Assembly: GCA_029262195.1 (NCBI GenBank)
Contig: JAJCZX010000003.1
Location: 17,499 to 81,498 of the forward strand
Source: Gemmatimonadota bacterium
Lineage (GTDB): Bacteria; Gemmatimonadota; Gemmatimonadetes; Gemmatimonadales; GWC2-71-9
Direction: 5' to 3'
DNA length: 64,000 nt
Part shown: positions 1 to 9,031 of the stretch, in pieces
How the letters are laid out: each line of letters opens with the position of its first letter
Position numbering within the stretch: position 1 is the first letter of the stretch
Made by a program: the position numbers and the translations under genes
Notes under the pieces: model-generated
Seen by the model: the letters and a program-made list of their open reading frames with translations, nothing else
What the model was told of the DNA's origin: nothing
Database searches by the model: none

Positions 1-26
1 CTGAATCCGGTTCCCGCTGGCTATCA

Positions 27-62
27 AAATAAAAAACCGGCCGGTTTTTTATGCCGGCCGGT
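27..62 (-). terminator. Rho-independent terminator after the 95..736 gene
   Basis: Read on the minus strand: CCGGCCGG (61..54), a 9-nt loop, CCGGCCGG (44..37), then TTTTTTATTT. It lies 33 nt past the stop codon of the minus-strand ORF. Confidence 0.75.
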
Positions 63-94
63 CTTTGTCGCTTCTAACTTCTATCTTCTGACTC

Positions 95-736
95 TTATCG
101 TTCGACCTGAATCTCTTCATTGGCATGCGTCAGCGAGTACCGAATCCCGGCACTAATCTGATGCTGGTCCGATTGAATCAGGAAGGTATCTGTGGCCGGG
201 AACAGCTTGTATTCACCAAACAGCGCCGTCCTGCCCATACGCAATTGTGCGCCTGCGACGAACACAAGGAAGGCCTTGGTGTCCAGTTCTTCAATTCTGT
301 TTAGTGCACCGTTGAACTCAGCTGTCGAAAGGGTATTCAGCGGCTGAGCATCGGTGATCTGGCTAATGGCGATACCAGCCCCTCCGTAAACCTGGAGTTT
401 GTTGTCGTTGGGGATGCCATAAAGGATCAATTGCAAACGGCGCCCTTTAGAGTAGCCAACCGTGGAGGCCCCGGTCGCACTCTGCGCGTTCGTTACGATT
501 TCGCTCGATCCACCCTCGAAGAAGATCGCATCAAATCCCATTGAAAGAGCCGAACGTTTCCCGGTAATTAGCCAGTGCCCACCCACGGTACCGGCCGTGT
601 TGCCGCCTTGGAGTGCAACCCCACCCTGGGCTCCCCAGTACCAGCGACGTTGCCAGCTATCGTCCTGCGCCGACAGATTAGCCGAGGTGAAGAGGAATAC
701 TGCCACGAAAGTGGCTAGTTTTGTCGTTCTTCGCAT
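95..736 (-). CDS. Small outer-membrane beta-barrel protein (porin/OmpW-like)
   Basis: Signal peptide MRRTTKLATFVAVFLFTSANLSAQ. Gly- and aromatic-rich alternating strand pattern. A terminator follows the gene. Confidence 0.55.
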   Translation of the reverse strand: MRRTTKLATFVAVFLFTSANLSAQDDSWQRRWYWGAQGGVALQGGNTAGTVGGHWLITGKRSALSMGFDAIFFEGGSSEIVTNAQSATGASTVGYSKGRRLQLILYGIPNDNKLQVYGGAGIAISQITDAQPLNTLSTAEFNGALNRIEELDTKAFLVFVAGAQLRMGRTALFGEYKLFPATDTFLIQSDQHQISAGIRYSLTHANEEIQVER

Positions 737-768
737 TCTTGGTCTCCCAAAATAGGATCTTTTATCGT

Positions 769-3300
769 TCAGAGTAGTTCGCTCAACAAAATGCTATTGA
801 AAAGCAACTTGAACGTGCCCAACGTCTGCCCTCGATGCTGCGGCCGGAATCCAAAAAGGATTACGCGGCCATTCCCAACCGGAATATTCACCAACGCACC
901 GGCACCCGCGATGACGTTCACGTCGCTTGCGTAGCCGGATTGTAGCGGATCTTCAACGTATTTTGCTGTGACCTGCATTCCATTGCCTGTCGAGAATGCC
1001 GCCCCATCCCGAAAAAAAACGCTCAGCGAATCGCCGATTCCGGAAGAAATTGCCGTATTACCCTCTACAGACACCCCGAAAATAGAACCGAACGCCGAAA
1101 AACGCGAGCCTTTTCTTTGAAATTCGGTGGAAATAAGGTCTTCAGCAGGTAGCATGAACTGAGTAATTGCGAAACGGCTGGCGCCTCCCAGGGCGACAAT
1201 AACTCCGCCGTGTTCAAGGAATTCTCCTAGCCGGGCCACGCCGATCGCCCCTATTCCACCGCTGAATTGCTCCGGAACGGACCCGTTCGCAGGCCCGTCC
1301 AGTAACTTCACCGTGTCTGCCGATGGCAGGATAATGACATCGAATTCAGCCGAAAGGTCTCCTGCTCTGATCCTACCAACATCAACCGAACTAAACGGAA
1401 TGCCGTTTTCATCCAAAACCCAGCGCGTCCAGCCTTCGTCGATATTGGCAGTGTGATCCACGAAGACGCCGATTCTCGAGAGTCGAGAAATCACACGCTC
1501 AGGCCGAGACAGAACTTCTGTGCGGTAGGCAGTAAACGAAAACTCGGACGCCAGATTTTCGACGATGGAATCTGCCGCGCCACCGTGAAGGACCAGGCTG
1601 CCTTCCGGCAAAACCGCGTCTTCAACAACCAGAGGGTCGGCCAAAGTCCAAACCTCTGTCCCCGATTGAAGGGCCTCAGCGGTAGCGCGACTTTCCGCAT
1701 TCGAGGAATTGCGAAGTACGATGTAGGGTCCCACTCCTTCAACTCCGCCGCCATCGACCGCGGGCGTTTGCAGGTTTTCGGAGCGGACGTCGAAAGGCTC
1801 ATTGATTGCAGCAACGTTCAGCCCCATTTGGAGGGGTAGTGTCCAGGCTGCGGTATCAAATGGGCGCACCGGCGTTCCGTCGCTTTCGGATGGATAGTGT
1901 TGGATCTCCAGGAGGTCTTTTACGTGAGCTCGGAACGGTTGGTCCATACGGACGATGACCGTGCCGATAGAATAGGATTCTCCATTTGCTGAGAATGGCG
2001 CGGTGGTAACGTCTAGATCCACTCCGCTGTCGAGCAGAAGTTGCTGAAGACGGCGGTTGGCGTCGTTGTCGCGTTGAGCAGGCGGAATGACAAACGCACG
2101 GGGAGATTCGTTGGTGCCGTCCCTGATAGCCCGCTCGCCCAAGGTGATGAACCTGCGAACGAATCTCTCTCGTTGGTCGTACATCAGTTCAAGAAGTGCG
2201 TCCGCCGCGGTTAACTGATAGTGGACAATGTCTCCGATACCCCATTCTCCCCCGGGCCATCGAGATGGGCGGAGCAAAGATCGGGTCCTGGCCCGCTCTG
2301 CTTCCGGCGCTATGTATACAGGGGACGCGAGTCGTGCGCTGGCGGCCTCCGAGAGAATCCCAATCATGTTGTGCCGCGCCGGTACGGTTCTGAAACCGCC
2401 ATGCCACCAGAGGTCGAATGCCATTCCGTGGGCAATGCCGGTGAGTCCCGAATCTCGCATAGCGGCACCCATCGTTGCCCCCACCATGTTGGTTGCCGAG
2501 ACCAGCATAGGGTCGAGGTTCGGGTTGATCGGCCCTCCGTAGGGAGGAAGAAAAAATCTCGCCTGGTTTTGACCCATCTGGTGTACGTCCCACACTACCT
2601 CCGGGAACCATTGATGGTAAAGTACTCTCGTCACTGCCCGTGTCTCCGGCTGAGTGAGCATGAACCAATCGCGGTTGTTGTCGTGCCCTGCATAGGGATG
2701 GTAAAGCCATGGCAGAGGTCCCGATTCGAAATTGGTGCCTTTGTACTCTCGATACCATTGGACCACTTTGTCCAACCCATCGGGATTAGTGGACGGAATG
2801 ATCAACACTACAAGCGAGTCTAGCATGGTGCCATAGTCGTCTCTGTTTGCCAAACGGTGCGCAAGTTCAATTGCGAAGAGACTCGACCCGATCTCAGTAG
2901 AGTGAATATTGTTGTTGATCATCACCACCGCAGGTTGGCCAGCGATTGCTTGATCCCGTTCGGTCGGAGTGAGACGGCGGGGGTCCGCTATCTGCTTTTG
3001 TACGGCTAGGATGTCGTCAATGCGGCGGTGATTCTCGGCGCTGGTGATTTCCAGCATATACAGCGGTTTGTCCAGGGTGGTTCTACCGATAGTGTCCAGG
3101 CGCACACGTGTTGACGATTCGGCCAGTGCCTCGAGGTACCCCTCTATCTGAGACCAATCAGCGAGCAACGAATCCGTGCCCGGAACGAACCCGAGGATTT
3201 CTTCCGGGGAGGGGATGCTCTGGGAGTGAAGCGTAGTGACCGGCGCCGCAATCAAAGCCACGACCAGTGTTATCCGGATCGTGATTGTGTGAAGCTGCAT
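769..3300 (-). CDS. Secreted M14-family zinc metallocarboxypeptidase with a long C-terminal extension
   Basis: Signal peptide. HxxE zinc motif in NNNIHSTEIGS, plus NPDG and HDNNRDW motifs typical of M14 peptidases. 843 aa. Confidence 0.7.
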   Translation of the reverse strand: MQLHTITIRITLVVALIAAPVTTLHSQSIPSPEEILGFVPGTDSLLADWSQIEGYLEALAESSTRVRLDTIGRTTLDKPLYMLEITSAENHRRIDDILAVQKQIADPRRLTPTERDQAIAGQPAVVMINNNIHSTEIGSSLFAIELAHRLANRDDYGTMLDSLVVLIIPSTNPDGLDKVVQWYREYKGTNFESGPLPWLYHPYAGHDNNRDWFMLTQPETRAVTRVLYHQWFPEVVWDVHQMGQNQARFFLPPYGGPINPNLDPMLVSATNMVGATMGAAMRDSGLTGIAHGMAFDLWWHGGFRTVPARHNMIGILSEAASARLASPVYIAPEAERARTRSLLRPSRWPGGEWGIGDIVHYQLTAADALLELMYDQRERFVRRFITLGERAIRDGTNESPRAFVIPPAQRDNDANRRLQQLLLDSGVDLDVTTAPFSANGESYSIGTVIVRMDQPFRAHVKDLLEIQHYPSESDGTPVRPFDTAAWTLPLQMGLNVAAINEPFDVRSENLQTPAVDGGGVEGVGPYIVLRNSSNAESRATAEALQSGTEVWTLADPLVVEDAVLPEGSLVLHGGAADSIVENLASEFSFTAYRTEVLSRPERVISRLSRIGVFVDHTANIDEGWTRWVLDENGIPFSSVDVGRIRAGDLSAEFDVIILPSADTVKLLDGPANGSVPEQFSGGIGAIGVARLGEFLEHGGVIVALGGASRFAITQFMLPAEDLISTEFQRKGSRFSAFGSIFGVSVEGNTAISSGIGDSLSVFFRDGAAFSTGNGMQVTAKYVEDPLQSGYASDVNVIAGAGALVNIPVGNGRVILFGFRPQHRGQTLGTFKLLFNSILLSELL

Positions 3301-3307
3301 CTAGACG

Positions 3308-4501
3308 TTAGATAAGGCCGAGCTTCGACCCAACCTTTTTGAACGCCGTCATTGCTTCATCAAGATGGTCCCGCGTATGCGCCGCTGAGATTTGACACCT
3401 CACGCGCGCTTCCCCCTTTGGTACAACCGGGAAACCGAAGCCGGTGACAAAAACCCCTTCATCGAGAAGCATGCGGCTCATCTCAATAGCCTTCGCTGTT
3501 TCACCCAGGATGACCGGAATAATCGGCGTGTCCCCCTCCAGAGGTTTGAAGCCCGCCTCGATTAACTGCTCGCGAAAATAGCGGGCGTTTTCGTGCAGAC
3601 GGGTCACCATCTCAGGTTGAGCCCGAAGTTGGTTGATCGCCGCCATGGCGCTCCCCGCCACTGTACAGGGTAGCGCATTTGAAAACAACTGAGGACGAGC
3701 ACGTTGGGTCAGGTAATCACATGCCTCCTCGGAAGAGGCGACAAAGCCCCCGGCAGCGCCGCCGAGTGCCTTACCGAGGGTGGAGGTGATCATGTCTATC
3801 TCGCCGAGGACCCCGCAATGCTCTGCGGTCCCACGCCCGGTTGTGCCGAGCACCCCCGTTGCATGAGAATCGTCGACGACCACAAACGCGTCGTACCTCT
3901 GGGCGAGCTCCAGAATGTCCGCAAGTTTAGCGATGTCACCTTCCATCGAAAAGATGCCGTCGGTGAAAACCATTCGCGTGCGACACCCGCTGGAAGCTTT
4001 CAGTTTTTCTTCCAGGTCAGTCATGTCGGAATGCTTGTAGACGGCGGCTTGCGCCTTCGTGATCCCTTTTGCCAGTCGAATGGCGTCGATAATCGAGGCG
4101 TGGTTGAACTGGTCGGAAATGACGATGTCTTCAGGTCCCAGGAGAGTGGCACACACACTCTCGTTGGCGTTCCAGCAGGAGACGTAGCTTAACGCCGCTG
4201 GCGTGCCTACCAGCTCGGCGATTGCCTTTTCTAATTCCCTGTGGATGGTAAACGTGCCGCAGATAAAACGGACAGACGATGTACCGGCACCGAACCTCTC
4301 TAGTGCGTCCTTACCCGCCTGAACCACTCCCGGTGCATTTGAAAGGCCGAGATAGTTGTTACTGGACAGAATGATTACATCACCCCTGCCCTCCATCGTC
4401 ACCCTGGCGGCCTGAGGTGAATCGAGGTGGTTCAGCGTTTTGTAAACACCCTGTTTTTTGAATTCTTCTAACTCGGTGCGCAAACGTTCATTCATTGCCA
4501 T
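3308..4501 (-). CDS. kbl: Glycine C-acetyltransferase / 2-amino-3-ketobutyrate CoA ligase
   Basis: Full-length class-II aminotransferase look (NNYLGLS, DDSHATG, PLP-lysine context STLGKALGG). Lies 3 nt downstream of tdh. Confidence 0.9.
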   Translation of the reverse strand: MAMNERLRTELEEFKKQGVYKTLNHLDSPQAARVTMEGRGDVIILSSNNYLGLSNAPGVVQAGKDALERFGAGTSSVRFICGTFTIHRELEKAIAELVGTPAALSYVSCWNANESVCATLLGPEDIVISDQFNHASIIDAIRLAKGITKAQAAVYKHSDMTDLEEKLKASSGCRTRMVFTDGIFSMEGDIAKLADILELAQRYDAFVVVDDSHATGVLGTTGRGTAEHCGVLGEIDMITSTLGKALGGAAGGFVASSEEACDYLTQRARPQLFSNALPCTVAGSAMAAINQLRAQPEMVTRLHENARYFREQLIEAGFKPLEGDTPIIPVILGETAKAIEMSRMLLDEGVFVTGFGFPVVPKGEARVRCQISAAHTRDHLDEAMTAFKKVGSKLGLI

Positions 4502-4504
4502 TTG

Positions 4505-5536
4505 TTATGACTCTATTTCCAATATGACTTTTCCGGCTTCCCCGGAACGGATAGCCTCAAGAGCTTCGTCAATTTGATCGAGCTTGAATGTGTGTGTGAT
4601 GACCGGCGTGGGATCCAATAGGCCCGAGGAAAGGAAACTCTGCATTTTGTGCCAGGTTTCATACATGCGCCTTCCGATTACGCCGTAAAGCGTGAGGCCC
4701 TTGAAAATCACGTCATTGGAGAGGTTGATGGGCACTTCGCCGCTGGGCAGTCCGAGGAGCTGTACCTTGCCACCGAACCGAGCTGCCTTGAAGGCCTGAT
4801 TGATAGCTGTCGGGTGCCCGGACATTTCGCATACTACGTCCATCCCCTCTCCCTCTGTCAAATCTTTAATCGATTCGTTCAAGTCCACTTCCATCGGGTT
4901 GAGGGCAACGTCGGCGCCCATGGCTTTAGCCAACTTGAGGCGGCGACCCTGCACGTCAGAGGCAATTACCTGTTTGGCTCCGGCTGCCTTGGCGATTCCT
5001 ACCGCCCAGCACCCGATGGGTCCGCAACCTATAACGAGGACCGAGTTGCCTGAAATTTCGGTGGACAGAACTGTGTGAAATGCATTGCCAAGAGGGTCCA
5101 TGATCGCACCTACGGAGGTGGGAATTCCGTTTAGAGGCATGACATTGGTGGCGGGCATGGCGATCAGATCTGTGAACGCTCCATCCCTGTCGACGCCTAT
5201 AATGCTGGTGTTGCGGCAAATATGGCCGTCTCCCATCCGGCATTGGCGACAGTGGTCGCAGATGATGTGTCCTTCAGCGTTTACAAGCTCACCTGTTTTA
5301 AAGGCCGTGACGTGATCGCCCACCTCGACGATTTCTCCGGCGAACTCGTGCCCGAGCACCAGTGGAGGATGGATGCGTCCCCGGGCCCACGCGTCCCAGT
5401 CGGCGATATGCATGTCGGTGCCACACAGGCCTGCATGTTTGACCTTGATCAGTACATCAGCGGGGCCGCACACGGGGGCCGGAACGTCTGTTACAACAAG
5501 GCCCGGCTCGCGAGACAGCTTGGAGATGGCTTTCAT
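4505..5536 (-). CDS. tdh: L-threonine 3-dehydrogenase (Zn-dependent MDR)
   Basis: GLCGTDMHI, GHEFAGE, structural-Zn cysteine cluster CDHCRQCRMGDGHIC, and GCGPIG Rossmann motif. Paired with kbl. Confidence 0.9.
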   Translation of the reverse strand: MKAISKLSREPGLVVTDVPAPVCGPADVLIKVKHAGLCGTDMHIADWDAWARGRIHPPLVLGHEFAGEIVEVGDHVTAFKTGELVNAEGHIICDHCRQCRMGDGHICRNTSIIGVDRDGAFTDLIAMPATNVMPLNGIPTSVGAIMDPLGNAFHTVLSTEISGNSVLVIGCGPIGCWAVGIAKAAGAKQVIASDVQGRRLKLAKAMGADVALNPMEVDLNESIKDLTEGEGMDVVCEMSGHPTAINQAFKAARFGGKVQLLGLPSGEVPINLSNDVIFKGLTLYGVIGRRMYETWHKMQSFLSSGLLDPTPVITHTFKLDQIDEALEAIRSGEAGKVILEIES

Positions 5537-5583
5537 ATTCTCCGGATGATTGGGAGGTGGACTATATGATCTGAAAGATAATT

Positions 5584-8508
5584 CTAAACCGGCTCGATAC
5601 GCACCGCAGTGATTTTCAACTCCGGCATTTTGGCGTGCGATTCCAGGACCGGATTCGTCAGCAAATTGGCGGCTGCCTCGCGGAAGTGGAAAGGAACGAA
5701 GACCTGTTTGGGGGCCACCCGGAACGAAGTTCTGGTCGAAATGACGATTGAATTTCGTTTGCTGGTGACTTTGACGAGGTCGCCATCCTTTACGCCCAGC
5801 TCAGCCGCATCTTCAGGGTTGATTTCGATGGTCGGTGTCGGCTCGCGCTGGTCCAACCCGGCAGAACGTCGTGTCATCGTTCCGGTGTGCCAGTGATATA
5901 GCTGCCGACCCGTGCTCATGACGTACGGGAATTCGTCATCGGGCAACTCGTCAGGTGGGGCGTACTCAACCGGATGCAGGTTGGCCAGGCCGTCGTCGGT
6001 AGGGAAAGTCTCTGGAAAGAGAAACGATGTACCGGGGTGATCCATGGCAGGGACGGGATATTGCAACCCTGCACCTTTGAGCCGTTCGTAGCTTACCCCC
6101 GTCCATGAAGGCGCGAGGCTGTTTATTTCCTCCATTATCTCATCTGGAGACTCGAATGGTGATTCTAATCCGCAACGTTTTGATATTTCGGTAACAATTT
6201 CCCAATCTGCGAGAGCCTCCCCGGGCGGGTTGACCGCCTTCTCAGTGACCTGAATGCGACGCTCTGTGTTCACGTAGGTGCCTGACTTTTCGGAAAACGC
6301 GGCGCCCGGAAGCACCACGTCGGCGTATCGCGCGGTCTCGGTCAGGAAAAGATCCTGAACCGCAAGGAAATCGACTTTGCTAAACCACTCTTCGGCTCGG
6401 GCGATGTCGGGGTCGGAGATAATCGGATTCTCACCCATTATGTAGAGTGCGCGAACCGGCGAACCCTTCTTGGCAATCTCCGTGACCTTCATCCCGGGGG
6501 TGAGGGACATAGTTTCTGGATCCACACCCCAGGCCCGCGAAAATTTTTCACGGTTAGCTGGGTCGGCCACTGGCTGGTAGTCCGGATAAACAAATGGGAT
6601 GGCGCCCATGTCCGAGGCACCCTGTACGTTGTTTTGTCCCCGCACGGGCATCATAGCGGCCCCCCAGCGACCGATCATCCCGCAACAGAGGATAAGGTTC
6701 AGGAGGGAGATCACCATGTCGTGCCCCCGAAGGTGCTGGGTAAGACCCATTGCCCAGAGAGTGCTGGTGTTGGGTCCGCCCGCGTAAATTTCTGCCGCTT
6801 CCCGAATTAGTTCTGCGGGGATACCGGTAATCGCTGAGGCACGTTCGGGTGTGTAGGGTTCAACTGATTGGCGGATCGCGTCAATGTTCTTAACGCGTTT
6901 TGTGATGAAATCAGTGTCTTCTAACTGCATCGCAAAGACGTGATTGAGCATCCCGTTGAACAGAGCTACGTCAGTACCGGGGGTCATCTGGAGATGCACG
7001 TCAGCACGAGCAGCCAGTTCGACCTTGCGAGGGTCGGCGACGACCAATTTTGCCCCGCGTTCGTGGGCGCGCTTCAGGGCGGCGCCGAACACCGGGTGCG
7101 TTTCTGCTGTGTTGGCTCCGGCGATGAATATCACATCGCTGGCGTGCTCGACTTCCCGCATTGACCCTGACGCCGCCGCAGTTGCAAGTGTGTCACTCAT
7201 TGCGGACACCGAGGTGGCATGACACATCCTGGTGCAGTGGTCGATGTTATTAGTTCCGAAACGTGCCCTGAAAAGGCGTTGAAGAAGATAGTTCTCCTCA
7301 TTGGTGCATTTGGCGCTTGCGAACACAGCCAACCCATCCGGTCCGTCATCTTCATGAATGCGTGTTAGCTCCTGGGCGGTCAATTCGAACGCTTCCTCCC
7401 AGGTTGCTTCCCGAAACGGTTCGTACCAATCGATCGGAGTTGCCACGCGATTTGCCGAGACTTCCGCTGTCCGCTCAAGCAGCGGCAAATCCTTCAGCCG
7501 CTTGCCCTGTCTCCGGGGGGGAGCAGCAGGCTTCATCGTGGCGCCCTCTCCCTCAATCGTCTGCCATGGGCCTGTTCGTCGCAGTGAATCGGTGCCGCCC
7601 CTCCATTCCCAACGGTCGTTTTCTTTTTCCCACCCCTTTCGAATCAACGGTTTGTTGAGGCGGTCTTCGTGTGATGTGAAATCGTATCCAAACCGACCCT
7701 TCACACAGGTCGATCCATCGTTGGGTGTTATCTCAGTAGGGGCAGGGGAGGTTACTCGAACGATGGTGTCGTCTTTAGCGTGCAGGTCAATCTGGCATCC
7801 TACCCCACAAAACGGGCACACGGATCGAGCGACCTTGTCTGTAGCCTTTAGTTCCTCTCCAAACCGCTCGCGGGGGAGGAACTCAAAAATTGCGTTAGTC
7901 GGGCAAACGCGCACGCACTCGCCACACCATGTGCAGGATGCCTTGTCCGGGTCTCCGTCGGTCCCCACTATTATCTGGGTAACCCCGCCTCGTTCCGCGG
8001 TGTCCAGTACCCCTACTACCTGAGTTTCCTCACATGCCCGGACACATCTTGTGCAGAGAATGCAGGTCGACATGTCATGGCGTATCATTGGGTCGTCCGG
8101 CCTCTCGTCCCCGCTGCGGAGAGGCAACTCGCGTTGGTTCGCCGTCGTAGGTTTCACTCCATAATCGGCAAGGTAAGACTCGAAAATGTTCGCAGGTTCT
8201 GCACCGGCATCGAGGTTGGTCGTAGGGTACCGTTCAAGGAGGAGAGACAAAACTGACCGGCGATTGTCTACTGCCGCCGGTGATCGCGTTTCTATTTTCA
8301 TTCCGTCTTCGATCGGTGCGGCGCACGCGGGAATCAATTTTTCCGCACCATCCACGGACACAAGGCAGATTCGACAGTTACCGACGACGGAAAGTCCGGG
8401 GTACCAGCAAAGGGTCGGTATTTCAATTCCGCTCTCGGTAGCTGCGTCGAGAATGGTGTGTCCCTCTGGAGCGGTGATGGTTTTGCCATCAATGGTTGCG
8501 CGATTCAT
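5584..8508 (-). CDS. fdhA: Formate dehydrogenase alpha subunit, NuoG-like (N-terminal 2Fe-2S/4Fe-4S domains plus molybdopterin domain), Cys-type
   Basis: N-terminus MNRATIDGKTITAPEGHTILDAA..IPTLCW resembles NuoG/FdsA. Several Cys clusters (CILCTRCVRAC, CTWCGECVRVCP). Molybdopterin region has HCTRMCHATSV, with Cys where Sec-type enzymes have U. The maximal ORF runs to a TTG at 8541; the ATG at 8508 fits the family N-terminus better. Confidence 0.85.
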   Translation of the reverse strand: MNRATIDGKTITAPEGHTILDAATESGIEIPTLCWYPGLSVVGNCRICLVSVDGAEKLIPACAAPIEDGMKIETRSPAAVDNRRSVLSLLLERYPTTNLDAGAEPANIFESYLADYGVKPTTANQRELPLRSGDERPDDPMIRHDMSTCILCTRCVRACEETQVVGVLDTAERGGVTQIIVGTDGDPDKASCTWCGECVRVCPTNAIFEFLPRERFGEELKATDKVARSVCPFCGVGCQIDLHAKDDTIVRVTSPAPTEITPNDGSTCVKGRFGYDFTSHEDRLNKPLIRKGWEKENDRWEWRGGTDSLRRTGPWQTIEGEGATMKPAAPPRRQGKRLKDLPLLERTAEVSANRVATPIDWYEPFREATWEEAFELTAQELTRIHEDDGPDGLAVFASAKCTNEENYLLQRLFRARFGTNNIDHCTRMCHATSVSAMSDTLATAAASGSMREVEHASDVIFIAGANTAETHPVFGAALKRAHERGAKLVVADPRKVELAARADVHLQMTPGTDVALFNGMLNHVFAMQLEDTDFITKRVKNIDAIRQSVEPYTPERASAITGIPAELIREAAEIYAGGPNTSTLWAMGLTQHLRGHDMVISLLNLILCCGMIGRWGAAMMPVRGQNNVQGASDMGAIPFVYPDYQPVADPANREKFSRAWGVDPETMSLTPGMKVTEIAKKGSPVRALYIMGENPIISDPDIARAEEWFSKVDFLAVQDLFLTETARYADVVLPGAAFSEKSGTYVNTERRIQVTEKAVNPPGEALADWEIVTEISKRCGLESPFESPDEIMEEINSLAPSWTGVSYERLKGAGLQYPVPAMDHPGTSFLFPETFPTDDGLANLHPVEYAPPDELPDDEFPYVMSTGRQLYHWHTGTMTRRSAGLDQREPTPTIEINPEDAAELGVKDGDLVKVTSKRNSIVISTRTSFRVAPKQVFVPFHFREAAANLLTNPVLESHAKMPELKITAVRIEPV

Positions 8509-8673
8509 AGCGGTGAATATCACCCGGGGGTTGTTTGGCAAGCAAGGGTTTGAAGCTCAAAAAATGTTTTTCCCCTGGAGGTTGGAGCCGTGGTGGTGGC
8601 AAGAAAAAAAGTTTTTGTGTTGAAGTGATCTTGCGCGAAAAAAAAACTGACGTCGAAATGTGGAAAAAAAGTA

Positions 8674-8701
8674 TTGCGTGAAACCACATAGTTTATAATA
8701 T
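8674..8701 (+). promoter_or_regulatory. Sigma70-like promoter candidate (TTGCGT-N16-TAATAT, overlapping a perfect TATAAT)
   Basis: TTGCGT at 8674..8679 and TAATAT at 8696..8701 (TATAAT at 8694..8699), in an AT-rich 440-nt intergenic region. Confidence 0.4.
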
Positions 8702-8708
8702 TCGCAAC

Positions 8709-8897
8709 GACTTCAAGCACTGTTCGTAACGGTTTGATAACAACGAAAAGCCTCATCAAAAATTTGAGCACCAAGAATCCAATCGCTTTGATCGATGATT
8801 GGGCTTACTTGACCGACTCAGTAATTGAAGCTTCGAAGTCTTTGACAGAGAAAAAAATTACGCCGGACAAACGTGGTGTTTTGTCCGGCTCTTTTTT
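8709..8897 (+). ncRNA. Candidate small RNA or 5' leader (about 190 nt) bounded by a promoter and an intrinsic terminator
   Basis: Promoter-like hexamers upstream and a perfect 10-bp terminator hairpin with U-tract at the 3' end. Internal helices: GACTTCAAGC (8709..8718) pairs with GCTTCGAAGTC (8830..8840), TTTGAT/ATCAAA (8733..8760), CCAATC/GATTGG (8779..8802). No convincing ORF. Confidence 0.35.
8862..8897 (+). terminator. Rho-independent terminator
   Basis: GCCGGACAAA (8862..8871), loop CGTGGTG, TTTGTCCGGC (8879..8888), then TCTTTTTTT. Confidence 0.75.
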
Positions 8898-9031
8898 TGG
8901 TCCGTGCCACCTTCCGCGGGGGCGGGCCGGAGAGCCGACAGAAGTTGGCTGTGAGCGAAGCGGATAAAAACCTGGCATGAGTGCCAAAGTTCCGGGGCCG
9001 CGCCCCGATAACATCAACGTGGAGAGTCTCC

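Noticed and set aside
5584-8541. Selenocysteine recoding in the formate dehydrogenase (also checked in the 55373..58264 molybdoenzyme)
   Set aside because: Both ORFs are uninterrupted, with no in-frame TGA. A Cys occupies the expected Mo-ligand position (HCTRMCH in the FDH, HTNVCSS in the molybdoenzyme).
8734-8967. 77-aa plus-strand ORF in the FDH / histone-like intergenic region
   Set aside because: It starts at a TTG, has no Shine-Dalgarno and reads straight through a perfect intrinsic terminator hairpin. The region is better explained as non-coding RNA or a leader.
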